Shown here one piece after another: positions 1-10,192 of a stretch of DNA of 64,000 bases. Position 1 is the stretch's first letter, and every line of letters starts with the position of its first letter. This DNA comes from Nitrospirales bacterium (GTDB lineage Bacteria; Nitrospirota; Nitrospiria; Nitrospirales; UBA8639), in contig OY820905.2 in assembly GCA_963555755.3 (NCBI GenBank), forward strand, positions 1,504,001 through 1,568,000, in the 5' to 3' direction. The position numbers and the translations under genes were made by a program. The notes beneath the pieces are model-generated. The model worked only from the letters and a program-made list of their open reading frames with translations, was not told the origin of the DNA and made no database searches.

Positions 1-48
1 GTCAATAGCCAATACAAGCTTCAGATGATCCACAAATTGTTAGGGGGA

Positions 49-278
49 GGGAATGTTCAAAAAAGCATGCCCTGAGTCTTTCCGAAGGGTCTATCCAGCC
101 CTGTCCTGAGCAGAGTCGAAGGAAAGGCCGCAGCCCTTTTGACGCGCGGAGCGTACTCTCAGTACGTGAGCACGGCAAAAGGGCGACCTGCCTGCGCGAA
201 GCCGCTTCGGCAGGCATGGAACCGCTGGCTTGTCAGCCGTAGCCTTGGCGTAGGCTGGCGGCTTTTTTCAACATTCCC
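49..278. mobile_element. MITE family A (GGGAATGTT..AAAA terminal inverted repeats) carrying nested small palindromic inserts
   Basis: Ends gggaatgttcaaaaaag / gcttttttcaacattccc. Homologous copies at 15143, 39356, 40826, 42968, 44239 and 50706. Confidence 0.75.
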
Positions 279-292
279 GAAATAGATCCGCC

Positions 293-658
293 ATGACCAA
301 GCCCTATACACCAGAAAGAAATCACATCGTTTGGCTGGATTTCGAACCAACCAAAGGCAAAGAAATCGGAAAATACCGACCTGCCCTTGTTCTCTCATCA
401 AGAGAGTACAATAAAAAAACCGGCTTGCTGATCTGCTGCCCCATAAGTACGAGTATTCGACGCGCTCAGACAGAAGTACCGATACGAAATTTAGAGAAGC
501 CCTCGGTGGTCGCCGCTAATCTCATTCAAACACTTTCTTGGAAGAAACGAAAAGTTCAGTTCATTGATCATGCTGACCCCACCGTCATGGAACAGGTGCT
601 TGTGCGACTGATTCCTCTGATTGGAGCCGATCGCATCATAGAAAATTTTGTTGAGTGA
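293..658 (+). CDS. PemK/MazF family mRNA interferase toxin
   Basis: IVWLDFEPTKGKEIGKYRPALVLS...CCPIST matches PemK/MazF motifs; 121 aa. Confidence 0.9.
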   Translation: MTKPYTPERNHIVWLDFEPTKGKEIGKYRPALVLSSREYNKKTGLLICCPISTSIRRAQTEVPIRNLEKPSVVAANLIQTLSWKKRKVQFIDHADPTVMEQVLVRLIPLIGADRIIENFVE

Positions 659-813
659 ATGCCCACTACATGACAGGCGTAGCTTCTACCCTTTGCCTCC
701 GCTTCGCTACGGTCTGCTCTTCATCCCTGAGAAAAGCACGGGGCTTTCTGGCAGTTGTTGTAATGAAAATTCAGACCCATACATCCCCGCCAAAGCCTCA
801 TGGACCCCGCACT

Positions 814-1327
814 TTCCTGCTTTATGCATGCCGGGGGGTGGGAAAAGAGATTCTTCGCCGCTGGCTCAGAATGACAAAGGGGATGGAAGCCTAGCCGGTC
901 AACTTCGCTGAAACACTTAGGGCTCGCGCCCCTTGTCCTTTCAACCCTCCCCTTGTCATTTCGACCCTTGGGAGAAATCTCGACCTTCGGAGTCGCGCAA
1001 CAATACGTTCCATCAAACCACAACTCGAATCTCGAAAACCGAAACCTTTCCACATTCCTGCTTCATGCATACCGGGGGGTGGGAAAAGAGATTCTTCGCC
1101 GCTGGCTCAGAATGACAAAGGGGATGGAAGCCTAGCCGATCAACTTCGCTGAAACACCTAGGGCTCGCGCCCCTTATCACTTCGACCCTCCCCTTATCAT
1201 TTCAACCCTTCCCTTGTCCTTTCGACCCGCCCCTTGTCATTTCGACCCTTGGGAGAAATCTCGACCTTCGGAGTCGCGCAACAATACGTTCCATCAAGCC
1301 GAAACTCGAATCTCGAAAGCCGAAACA
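814..1327. repeat. Tandem duplication (~241-bp unit) containing REP-like hairpins and a variable-copy ~20-bp sub-repeat
   Basis: ttcctgc..gagattcttcgccgctggctcagaatgaca.. begins at 814 and 1055. A ccccttgtcatttcgaccc-like sub-repeat is present 2x in unit 1 and 4x in unit 2. Confidence 0.85.
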
Positions 1328-1443
1328 AATTCAAATACTTAAAAACAAAAACGCATGTCTACATAAGTCGACATACTCCATTTGAAACATTCGAATTTTG
1401 GATTTCGGGTTTGTTTCGAATTTCGATATTCGGATTTCGAGTT
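1296..1443. repeat. Imperfect long inverted repeat built from CGAAA/TTTCG heptamer-like units
   Basis: aactcgaatctcgaaagccgaaacaaattc ... gggtttgtttcgaatttcgatattcggatttcgagtt. Confidence 0.6.
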
Positions 1444-1493
1444 GGCGGCGAGGGAAAAGCTGCAAATCGGTTCAACGGATATTCACGCGGGTT

Positions 1494-2726
1494 CTAAGGT
1501 TCGGCGTCTGCCTGGTTCGACATCGTCCCCGGATTCGTGAGGATTTCAGTGGCAGGTGAAGTGGTGGGATCAGCGCGATAGATTCCTTCGGTGCCATCTT
1601 CCAAACGGGCATAGAAGGCGATTTGCCCGGCATCATTGAATCCGCGATTGGACAAGACGGGGCCTTCGACAATTCTGGTTCCGAATAATTGATCCCCTTG
1701 TTTGATGACGATATCGGTCTCGGGGTTTGGCCCCACAAACAACCCGGAGATTCCCGAGGCCAACACAGCGCTAAACACCACGTGGCCATGGTTGTTCACG
1801 GCATGAGCACTCACAAGATCTTGAAAAAGACCTTGGGTGGAGGCGAGAAGATGGATGTGCCCATCGACAATGGCCACAAGATGCTTCGCAACCCAGCCGT
1901 CTTGCGACTCGGAGGCTGTTTGCACCACGACCATTCCCTCGTCATTAATCACCGGCCGGTAAAACAAGAAATATTGCTCATCCCCATCTGTCAGAAGCGT
2001 GGTGGTCTGACCATCGCTCACAAACACTTTATCGCCGGTGGAAAAGGCCACCTGGCCGTGATTGTTTAACGACAACATGCCGACTTGGTTACTTTTCGAA
2101 TCAGGGATGGCCACGGACTTGCCACCGTTTCCAAGAAACACCTGCCTGCGTTGCTTTCGGCCTTTGGCCCATTTCCCTTTGAAGGCAAGCATTCCTTGGT
2201 TGTTGATCACCAGATCACCAAGAGTCGCAAACTCCTTGTTGCTGTACAGAAACTCCCCGGTGATATCGGCCCCACGGGAGTACCCAAATTCGCCACCTGG
2301 CCGTGTGCCGAAAAACACGATGTGTCCATTATCACTGACAGCCGGCGAGCCCCGAAACGCTTCAAAGTCTTCGGAGGTTTTGGCAATCTGGGTGGTGATA
2401 GATCCATCGGCCTTGAATATACCCTGTCCCCCGCCTACTAAATTCGCGCGGAACAGCACCATACCCTGCGCATCAATCGACGGAGCCAAATGGAATCCGC
2501 GATACACTCCGCTTCGGGTATCGGCAATCTTGGTGAATTGATAGGGAGCCGGATATTCTTGTGGAAAAGAAAAATGCCAAAAGCCTAGGACCGCGACACA
2601 CAACAACCCGCACACGCCAAGAAGTTTCATATTTCGCCGTTTCCGTGGGCTTGAGGGTTGGGAAGACTCATGTTGCGACCGTCCACGAGAGGCTTGTGAT
2701 CCCTCCTGCTTGTTCTTCACTGACAC
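1494..2726 (-). CDS. Membrane-anchored/secreted tandem NxxGxxAF-repeat beta-propeller-like protein
   Basis: N-terminal TM segment; repeated INNQGMLAF, LNNHGQVAF, INDEGMVV, VNNHGHVVF, FNDAGQIAF. Confidence 0.7.
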   Translation of the reverse strand: MSVKNKQEGSQASRGRSQHESSQPSSPRKRRNMKLLGVCGLLCVAVLGFWHFSFPQEYPAPYQFTKIADTRSGVYRGFHLAPSIDAQGMVLFRANLVGGGQGIFKADGSITTQIAKTSEDFEAFRGSPAVSDNGHIVFFGTRPGGEFGYSRGADITGEFLYSNKEFATLGDLVINNQGMLAFKGKWAKGRKQRRQVFLGNGGKSVAIPDSKSNQVGMLSLNNHGQVAFSTGDKVFVSDGQTTTLLTDGDEQYFLFYRPVINDEGMVVVQTASESQDGWVAKHLVAIVDGHIHLLASTQGLFQDLVSAHAVNNHGHVVFSAVLASGISGLFVGPNPETDIVIKQGDQLFGTRIVEGPVLSNRGFNDAGQIAFYARLEDGTEGIYRADPTTSPATEILTNPGTMSNQADAEP

Positions 2727-2838
2727 ACTCCATTCCTACTCTTCCCTCTCTCATGAACAACACAGGCTCACTATGATGAACGGAGGGATTGAGGCAGGGT
2801 CTTCTTCCTCGTGGCGCCATTTTGAAGACGATTGTACC

Positions 2839-3145
2839 GGAGCCTGTCCGAGATTAGCGATCGTCACGAGGGTGAGCTGGTTTGCGTCAGATATTTCGAT
2901 CGTTTGAGGCGAATAGTGGGACTATTCAACGAACAGGATCGGAAGATCTGGCCAAAGCCAGCTTGCCCGCAGTAGATCAGTTTAGGGCACTTCTAAAAAC
3001 CATCCTTTTCCGTGATGGCGGCGTCAGCCGCGTGCTCAAATCCTCATGTATTCACCCATACACTCCGGTTTTCCGCGCGCGGCTTCCTTGCCCTCACAAA
3101 AAATGCCTGGTTTGTAGAGGTGCTCTTTAATCTGGGACAGGCTCC
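2839..3145. mobile_element. MITE family B (GGAGCCTGTCC TIR) with a family C MITE nested at 2985-3125
   Basis: ggagcctgtcc ... ggacaggctcc. The inner gggcacttctaaaaac...tttgtagaggtgctc is flanked by a TTTA direct repeat (2981-2984 / 3126-3129). Confidence 0.85.
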
Positions 3146-3320
3146 TGGCCGATGTTTAGGATTACTGGAAAATACAAGTCATTTGTATTACTTTATTCCA
3201 TCGGCTCTCGAGAACAGAACCTAAAGATTTTCCTGGCTGCCTTCTACCTGTGTTCATCAGAAAACAGCGAGGATGAGGACAAAACCGTCCTCTGGAAAGA
3301 CAATGATAGGGTACCCGTAT

Positions 3321-3542
3321 TCATGCAGGCTCGATAAAAACGAAACGCGGAGTTGTGGCATCGCCAGTAACTACAGATTCGAGGAACATGGCTTTGGGTC
3401 TTACCCACAGGCCACCTTCTCCATATAACGCCCGATACACCACGAACTCTTCCTCGGTTTCCGTATGTCGGGCGCAACCCAGCACCTGATAGTCTTTCCC
3501 CTTGTAATGCCGATACCGGCCTGGTGTGACAGTCTGTGACAT
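3321..3542 (-). CDS. DUF1653 domain protein
   Basis: PGRYRHYKGKDYQVLGCARHTETEEEFVVYRALYG..LWVRP..MF signature. Confidence 0.85.
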   Translation of the reverse strand: MSQTVTPGRYRHYKGKDYQVLGCARHTETEEEFVVYRALYGEGGLWVRPKAMFLESVVTGDATTPRFVFIEPA

Positions 3543-3633
3543 AGAATACGACCACCTTGAGTTAAAGGGTGACACGTAATAGGTAAGTCGTTATGAGGTG
3601 AATACTATTGAACGCATCAGGCTTCACGTCAAA

Positions 3634-5775
3634 TTACCCTCGTCGTTCCACACTCCCCTTCAGCCGCAACAGTGCGCATGTTCGTTCACCCAAGACATAT
3701 TCCCCTCCCCCCTTAAACGACCGACCCCGTTTGGTGGGTACTGGCATCGAGGTATCGAAAACCAACTCCCATCGAACACCCCGTTTATGGGCGGGAAGAG
3801 TGAAGGGTACGGCTTCATGGTGGGCATTCAGCAGCAACAGGAAGGTTTCGCCGGAAATGGCACAACCCTTGGCATCGACTTCCTCAATGGCATCGCCCGA
3901 CAGTCGAAAGCACAAGGATCGAAACCCCATTTGCCACTCTTCGTCTGTCATTTCTTTGCCATCCGCATGGAACCAGGAGATATCCTTGACTTCGGATCCT
4001 TGAATTTTTCGACCTTGAAAAAACCGACGACGCTGAAAGACCGGGTGGTTCATTTTCAATTTGATAAGCTGTTTAACAAACTCCAACAACAGTTGGTTCG
4101 ATTTCGTCAGATTCCAGTCAAACCAACTGATCTCATTATCCTGACAATACGCATTGTTATTCCCTTGTTGTGTACGGCCTAATTCATCACCACCGCAAAT
4201 CATAGGCACCCCTTGGGACAACAGCAGGGTTGCCAAGAAATTCCGCTTTTGCTTCTCCCGCAGTTCATTGATTTGCGGGTCATCAGTCACCCCTTCCACA
4301 CCACAATTCCAACTGAGGTTGTCGTCACTGCCATCCTGATTCTGTTCTTTATTGGCCTCATTGTGCTTGTGGTTGTAGGAGACTAAATCCGTCAGGGTAA
4401 ACCCATCATGGGCAGTCACAAAATTAATGCTGGCATAGGGTTGTCGGCCACTGGCTCCATACAAATCGCTGCTGCCCGACAGCCGATACGCCATTTCGCC
4501 CAACACACCACCGTCACCTCTCCAATAGCTCCGAATGGTATCACGATACTTTCCATTCCACTCTGCCCAACCCGGCGGGAAGTTACCGACCTGATACCCT
4601 CCCTCACCGAGGTCCCACGGCTCGGCAATCAACTTGACCTGGGATAACACGGGGTCTTGATGGATAATATCGAGAAACGCGCTCAACCGATCCACATCAT
4701 GCAACTCACGAGCCAAGGCCGACGCCAGATCAAACCGGAACCCGTCCACATGCATCTCCAACACCCAATACCGCAAGCTATCCATAATGAGTTGAAGCGT
4801 CCGTGGATGTCGCACGTTCAGCGTATTACCGCATCCCGTGTAATCCATGTAATACCGTTGGTTGTCCGGCATCACCCGGTAATACGTGGCATTATCCACG
4901 CCACGAAAGGAAAGCGTCGGTCCCAGATGACTCCCTTCCCCAGTATGGTTGTACACCACATCCAAAATCACTTCGATGCCCGCACTATGGAGCGTTTTGA
5001 CCATAGTTTTGAATTCATACACTTTACGGCCTTGCTCAGGAAAGGCGGAGTACCGAATATCCGGCGCCAAAAATGCAATCGAGTTGTATCCCCAATAATT
5101 AGTCAACCCTTTGTCGTACAGATGTTTATCATTCACAAAGTGATGGACGGGCAGGAGTTCAACTGCGGTGACGCCCAGAGACCGCAAATATTCAATCATA
5201 GGTGGCGAGGCGAGACCGGCATACGTTCCACGCAAATGCTCGGGCACATCAGGATGACGCATGGTGAAGCCCCTCACGTGCACTTCATAGATCACGGTTT
5301 TTGACCACGGCGTGTTGAGCAATTTATCCTCACCCCAGGTAAAGGCCTGGTCAATCACGACACACTTGGGCATATTGCCCGCATTATTGCGCTCGTCATA
5401 CGAGAGATCTTCACCGGAATCCCCCATACGATACCCAAACATGGCATCCGACCATTTGACCACCCCCGTCAGCGCCTTCGCATAGGGATCAATCAGCAAC
5501 TTAGAAGGATTAAACCGATGCCCGGCATGCGGATCATACGGCCCATGCACACGGTACCCGTAAAGCTGGCCAGGTCGGGTTTCGGGTAAATAACAATGCC
5601 ACACCAAATCGGTACATTCTTCCATTCGAATGCAATGGGTTTCCTGATCCTGTTGTTCATGATTAAACAAACAGAGTTCCACGCCAGTAGCATTTTCTGA
5701 AAAGAGGGCAAAATTGACCCCCTCCCCATCCCATGTCGCTCCCTGTGGGTAAGGCCGTCCTGGCCATACTCTCAT
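3634..5775 (-). CDS. glgX: Glycogen debranching enzyme (isoamylase, GH13)
   Basis: [51 protein letters not shown]; 713 aa. Confidence 0.96.
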   Translation of the reverse strand: MRVWPGRPYPQGATWDGEGVNFALFSENATGVELCLFNHEQQDQETHCIRMEECTDLVWHCYLPETRPGQLYGYRVHGPYDPHAGHRFNPSKLLIDPYAKALTGVVKWSDAMFGYRMGDSGEDLSYDERNNAGNMPKCVVIDQAFTWGEDKLLNTPWSKTVIYEVHVRGFTMRHPDVPEHLRGTYAGLASPPMIEYLRSLGVTAVELLPVHHFVNDKHLYDKGLTNYWGYNSIAFLAPDIRYSAFPEQGRKVYEFKTMVKTLHSAGIEVILDVVYNHTGEGSHLGPTLSFRGVDNATYYRVMPDNQRYYMDYTGCGNTLNVRHPRTLQLIMDSLRYWVLEMHVDGFRFDLASALARELHDVDRLSAFLDIIHQDPVLSQVKLIAEPWDLGEGGYQVGNFPPGWAEWNGKYRDTIRSYWRGDGGVLGEMAYRLSGSSDLYGASGRQPYASINFVTAHDGFTLTDLVSYNHKHNEANKEQNQDGSDDNLSWNCGVEGVTDDPQINELREKQKRNFLATLLLSQGVPMICGGDELGRTQQGNNNAYCQDNEISWFDWNLTKSNQLLLEFVKQLIKLKMNHPVFQRRRFFQGRKIQGSEVKDISWFHADGKEMTDEEWQMGFRSLCFRLSGDAIEEVDAKGCAISGETFLLLLNAHHEAVPFTLPAHKRGVRWELVFDTSMPVPTKRGRSFKGGGEYVLGERTCALLRLKGSVERRG

Positions 5776-5996
5776 TTACGATACTCCTTATCCACGCCGT
5801 GAACTTGCCGAAGGCTACGTACCCTACCGTAATAATAATTCTCTTGCAATTTCAACCGAAATGGTACGACACGGAACACACGATTGGAAATTCTTAAATT
5901 GAAGCAATGGTTTTTTGTATGGGTGATCACGCATGCTGTTTTTGTTATGATGCTCCCCCGTCAAGACTCTTTAGCCACTCAAGGAATTCTGAAAAC

Positions 5997-7868
5997 ATGA
6001 CACCCAAACCACCCCATCCATGGACTTTGGACCTAGGCGCCACTCTCATTGATACCAACACAGTCCAGTTCAAAGTCTGGGCGCCATCGGCGGAAGCCAT
6101 GAGTGTTCAGATTCATTCGGCGAACCCATCCCGAATTCCCCTAGCACCTGCCCCAATGGGGTATTGGGCAGGAACAATCCCGAACGTACCTGCTGATTCA
6201 CTCTATAGTTTCGTCATCAATCAACATCTTGAACGTCCGGACCCTGCCTCCCGATTCCAACCCAATGGTGTCCATGGACCTTCTGTTGTGGTTGATCCAT
6301 CGGCCTTTCCCTGGAATGATCAAAATTGGAATGGCCTGCCACTCGAACAATTTCTTATTTATGAACTCCATGTGGGCACCTTTACACCTGAGGGAACATT
6401 TGATGCGATCATCAACACGCTTTCCTATTTTCGCGATACCGTGGGCGTCACGGCGATTGAATTGATGCCCGTCGCTCAATGCCCAGGCATTCGCAATTGG
6501 GGATACGATGGGACGTACCTGTTCGCTCCCCAAGCCAATTATGGCGGACCCGCAGGGCTCAAGCGCTTGGTAAATGCGTGCCATGCACAAGGCCTCGCCG
6601 TCATCATGGATGTGGTCTATAACCACTTAGGGCCAGAGGGAAATTATCTTGGCGACTACGGCCCCTATTTCACGCACCGCTATCCAACACCTTGGGGACA
6701 GGCGATCAATTTCGATGGTCCAGACAGTGACCCTGTTCGACACTTTATCATCAGTAATGCGTTGTACTGGGTCACGGAGTATCACATTGATGCGCTTCGG
6801 CTTGATGCGATTCACGGCATCTTTGATTTCAGCGCCAAACATATTTTGCAAGAGTTAGGGGAAGCCGTTCATGAGCAAGCGAGAACATTAGGAAGAGCGA
6901 TCCACGTCATCGCTGAAAGCGATCTCAATGATTCACGGGTCATCACGCCAATCAATAAAGGAGGATACGGGCTAGATGGCCAATGGAGCGATGATTTTCA
7001 TCATGCCCTCCACTGTTTACTGACAGGGGATAAGAATGGCTACTACGAAGACTTCGGGAAACTCGATCAGTTGGCAACGGCAATCACAGACCGATTTGTG
7101 TACTCAGGCCAATATTCATCCCACCGAAAACGCGGTCACGGCAATTCCGCAAAAAGTGGCTCGCCAACCCAATTCGTTGTTTTCTCCCAAAACCACGATC
7201 AGGTCGGAAACCGTGCCCATGGCGACCGGCTCTCTACTCTGATCCCCTTTGAGGCGCTCAAACTTGCCGCAGCCACGGTTCTTCTTTCCCCAAATATCCC
7301 ACTGTTGTTCATGGGAGAGGAATATGGAGAGACCGCGCCCTTTCTTTACTTCATCGATCACGGAGACGAAGGACTCATCGAGGCAGTTCGACAAGGAAGG
7401 AAATCTGAATTCGCCACCTTTGGTTGGACCGATGTCCCCGATCCCTACGCGCAATCAACCTTTGATCAGTCACGAGTTAACTGGGACAAGAAACTATCAG
7501 ATGAGCAACAATGTCTGCTGAATTGGTATCAGGCCTTAATCAAACTTAGAAAATCCGTCCCATCTCTTGGACCTGGACACAAGAAAGACACATTGAAAGT
7601 GTGGACTGATCGAAAGGCAAAAGTCTTAACGATATATCGAACCAGCCAGTCTAACCCAGAAACTTTAATCATTTTGAGCCTCAACAAAAACGAGACCAGT
7701 ACTTCGCTGGTTAAACCAGAAGGGAAATGGGACCTGCGCCTCGATTCACACTCACCAGAATTTGGCATCCAACAAAATACTCCTGCCCCCAACAACCTAA
7801 CCTTGCCGCAAGACAACCTTTCTCTCCAACTCCCCCCCTACGCCGTGCGGGTCTACACAAACCAGTAA
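5997..7868 (+). CDS. treZ: Malto-oligosyltrehalose trehalohydrolase
   Basis: PDPASRFQPNGVHGPS, YELHVGTF, NWGYDG, LRLDAIH, QNHDQVGNR. Start taken at ATG 5997. Confidence 0.93.
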   Translation: MTPKPPHPWTLDLGATLIDTNTVQFKVWAPSAEAMSVQIHSANPSRIPLAPAPMGYWAGTIPNVPADSLYSFVINQHLERPDPASRFQPNGVHGPSVVVDPSAFPWNDQNWNGLPLEQFLIYELHVGTFTPEGTFDAIINTLSYFRDTVGVTAIELMPVAQCPGIRNWGYDGTYLFAPQANYGGPAGLKRLVNACHAQGLAVIMDVVYNHLGPEGNYLGDYGPYFTHRYPTPWGQAINFDGPDSDPVRHFIISNALYWVTEYHIDALRLDAIHGIFDFSAKHILQELGEAVHEQARTLGRAIHVIAESDLNDSRVITPINKGGYGLDGQWSDDFHHALHCLLTGDKNGYYEDFGKLDQLATAITDRFVYSGQYSSHRKRGHGNSAKSGSPTQFVVFSQNHDQVGNRAHGDRLSTLIPFEALKLAAATVLLSPNIPLLFMGEEYGETAPFLYFIDHGDEGLIEAVRQGRKSEFATFGWTDVPDPYAQSTFDQSRVNWDKKLSDEQQCLLNWYQALIKLRKSVPSLGPGHKKDTLKVWTDRKAKVLTIYRTSQSNPETLIILSLNKNETSTSLVKPEGKWDLRLDSHSPEFGIQQNTPAPNNLTLPQDNLSLQLPPYAVRVYTNQ

Positions 7869-8020
7869 CTGTCAGACTCAGAAATAGTTTGAAAGATAAT
7901 CCTCGCCTCGAGTGCGGCGGAGCGGTGGCCCTGAAGGGACCCCGTCGGCGGGGGCGAAATCCTTCGGAAAGACTCAGGGCAGGTTTTTTGTTCCGGCAAA
8001 AGTGACCAAAACCATTTCCG

Positions 8021-8350
8021 TCATGAGACAGGACTTCGAGAACGGCTCCTGTTGGAGCGTGGAGGTCTGGAAGGTTTTCCTGGTTGAGGGAACTCAGCTT
8101 TTTCCCCTAACCACACTTTGATCAAAGACTGGTAGGGGACATCACGCCGATTGGCCTCGACTTTAATCTTTTCCAGCAACGAAAGTGGGAGGCGTAAAGA
8201 AATGGCTTGAGTGGATGGCTTGACGTTAGGAAATCGTACCTGTTTCGCCTGCGCCCAATTAACATATTCCGTGGAATCGTGGGTTTCCCAGAATATCTGT
8301 TCCGCAGCTTCAGTTTTAAACGTTGGAAGGGTTTTGAGTTTTTTCTTCAT
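8021..8350 (-). CDS. BrnA/CopG-like antitoxin
   Basis: FWETHDSTEY...ISLRLP..LLEKIKVEANRRDVPYQSLIK; overlaps the brnT-like gene. Confidence 0.85.
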   Translation of the reverse strand: MKKKLKTLPTFKTEAAEQIFWETHDSTEYVNWAQAKQVRFPNVKPSTQAISLRLPLSLLEKIKVEANRRDVPYQSLIKVWLGEKAEFPQPGKPSRPPRSNRSRSRSPVS

Positions 8351-8636
8351 AGATTCGCAGTTCCTTTCGATGCATCCCTCGGGCCGAGATGACACGTATT
8401 TTCCGTCCTCCAAATCTCAAGGTGAACGTGATATGGAGCATCCGGTCTGCATTGGTTTTACCTAAAAGGTGAAAACGTGACTCAAGCTGACTATGCCTCA
8501 GGTCCGGTGCAAGGACGACTGGTGCATTAAAAAAAACTTGTTCGGCTTCAACTTGGGTCACCCCATGCTTATGGTTGCTTTTTCGTGCATTCCCTTCATC
8601 CCAATCAAACCCGTCGATGGCGTGAAAGTCGATCAC
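8316..8636 (-). CDS. BrnT family toxin
   Basis: GFDWDEGNARKS..KHGV...EAEQVF...RVISAR motif. Confidence 0.9.
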   Translation of the reverse strand: MIDFHAIDGFDWDEGNARKSNHKHGVTQVEAEQVFFNAPVVLAPDLRHSQLESRFHLLGKTNADRMLHITFTLRFGGRKIRVISARGMHRKELRIYEEKTQNPSNV

Positions 8637-8639
8637 TTT

Positions 8640-8660
8640 TGTATATTCTCATAATATACA
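8640..8660. promoter_or_regulatory. Putative autoregulatory operator of the BrnT/BrnA locus
   Basis: Perfect 8-bp inverted repeat tgtatatt-N5-aatataca directly upstream of the brnT start. Confidence 0.55.
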
Positions 8661-8773
8661 TTTACCAGCAATGGTTAATTCTTTGAGAAAATAGAATATT
8701 GGGACTCATTGTGTTTGGAAGCCTTTTGGTTGATGATTTGTAGCGGGGTTTCGTCCCCCGCATAAAAATAAAC

Positions 8774-9148
8774 CTAACCCCCAAACACTGTCAGCTCCGA
8801 AACGATACGGAAATGTTTTTTATTCCGGGTCACGAGGGGAAGGTGTTTTACCAACGCGGTTGCTGCAATGAAGGCATCAGCTTTTCCCAGAGAGGGGTAT
8901 TGTCGTCGAAGTTCAGAAAATCGGACAGTAATCTTTTCCGACAATGGAATCATACGCCAACGGCTCAATTCGAGGAGAATGGCTTCCCGTTCCCGCTCAC
9001 GCAAGCCGGACTTTGCCAAGAGTTCTTTTTTGGTCATCACCGAATAATAGACAACATGATTCGGTGCATCGAATAATTCGGTAAATTGGCCGGAATTGAG
9101 ATAATCAATAACGACGTCGGTATCTACGAGGAAGGAGACTTTTGCCAT
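8774..9148 (-). CDS. PIN-domain (VapC-like) toxin
   Basis: LVDTDVVIDYL...DAFIAATA...LVTRNKKHF. Confidence 0.9.
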   Translation of the reverse strand: MAKVSFLVDTDVVIDYLNSGQFTELFDAPNHVVYYSVMTKKELLAKSGLREREREAILLELSRWRMIPLSEKITVRFSELRRQYPSLGKADAFIAATALVKHLPLVTRNKKHFRIVSELTVFGG

Positions 9149-9393
9149 ACACGAAGTTCCGCCAGAAACTCCTCATCTGATTGCCCTCGAGCCTGCTTTC
9201 GTAGGGCAGCCACGTAGGCCCGACTGTCCTTCACCTCAGTATGACCATAGGGATTAAAGCGTTCACGGACAAGATCTTCTAACAACGTGACGGGATACAC
9301 GCCTTTCCGCTTTGCCGCCTGAGTGACCAAGCGTTTCAGAGTCGGGTCAAACGATAACGTCCACTTTTCTTTGCGCACACTGGTTTTGGCCAT
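9124..9393 (-). CDS. Putative RHH-like antitoxin of the PIN toxin
   Basis: Small ORF overlapping the PIN gene start; KWTLSFDPTLKRLV. Inverted repeat atacgt-N7-acgtat upstream at 9423-9441. Confidence 0.65.
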   Translation of the reverse strand: MAKTSVRKEKWTLSFDPTLKRLVTQAAKRKGVYPVTLLEDLVRERFNPYGHTEVKDSRAYVAALRKQARGQSDEEFLAELRVWQKSPSS

Positions 9394-9679
9394 GACTACT
9401 GTCCTTTCACGGTGCTTCAATGATACGTATCTTAGACGTATTCATAGCGAGGGTCAATGGAATCTCTTCTCATGCAGGATGTCCCACGCGTTGGGCGCGG
9501 CGGAGCCCCAAGATCGAGACAGAAAATGAAGGAGCAACCTTACATAACCATCGATTGTCATTTCGAGCGAAACAAGAAATCTCCCCCCATTGTCGTACAA
9601 GAGATTTCTCCCAAAGGTCGAAATGACAAATTGTTTTTTTTGACGACAGCTCTCTTTCATTTCCTTTCCCTGAACCCCT

Positions 9680-9897
9680 GCGTTGGGCGCGGCGGAGCCT
9701 CCGTCCCGAATCGGCCTCTCGGCGAGGGTTGTTTGAGCAGAGCGAGTTCCCTCGCCATCTTATTCGGGGCGGAGGCGGAGGCATCCCGGAGAGCCTGCTT
9801 CTGAGCAGGCTCGGAGGGACCGCGCACAGGCAAAAATGGTTTTGGTTCCTTTTGCCAAAACAAAAGGGACTCGTCGCGCGGGGACGAAACCCCGCAA
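9680..9897. repeat. Dispersed repeat family F (GCGGGGTTTCGTCCCCGC...GGCAAAAG..CCAAAACCAT)
   Basis: Its reverse complement matches 51689-51880. Fragments at ~7940-8020 and 8743-8762. Confidence 0.7.
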
Positions 9898-10192
9898 GCT
9901 CAATTGATTTCTCAACAACAATAAAAATCCCCACAGCAAATGAGCAGAATATTCAGCGATACATAATAATTTTAAAAAATCCCCCTATCCCCCTTTTCCA
10001 AAGGGGGAACCTGAGGGAGAAACCCCTGGCAAGTTCAACTTTCCTTCTTCCGTGCCATTCCTGAACCTCTTCACCTCTTCCCTTCCATTAGAACATTCTA
10101 ATGCAGGCTTAATCTTTCTCTCATGTCTCAATGGTACAACAGTATCAACGCACGGATGATCCCTTTGTAAGATTTTTTAAAGGAGGCAATAC

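Noticed and set aside
3598..5304. Plus-strand ORFs opposite glgX, and similar shadow ORFs elsewhere
   Set aside because: They are antisense shadows of well-supported genes.
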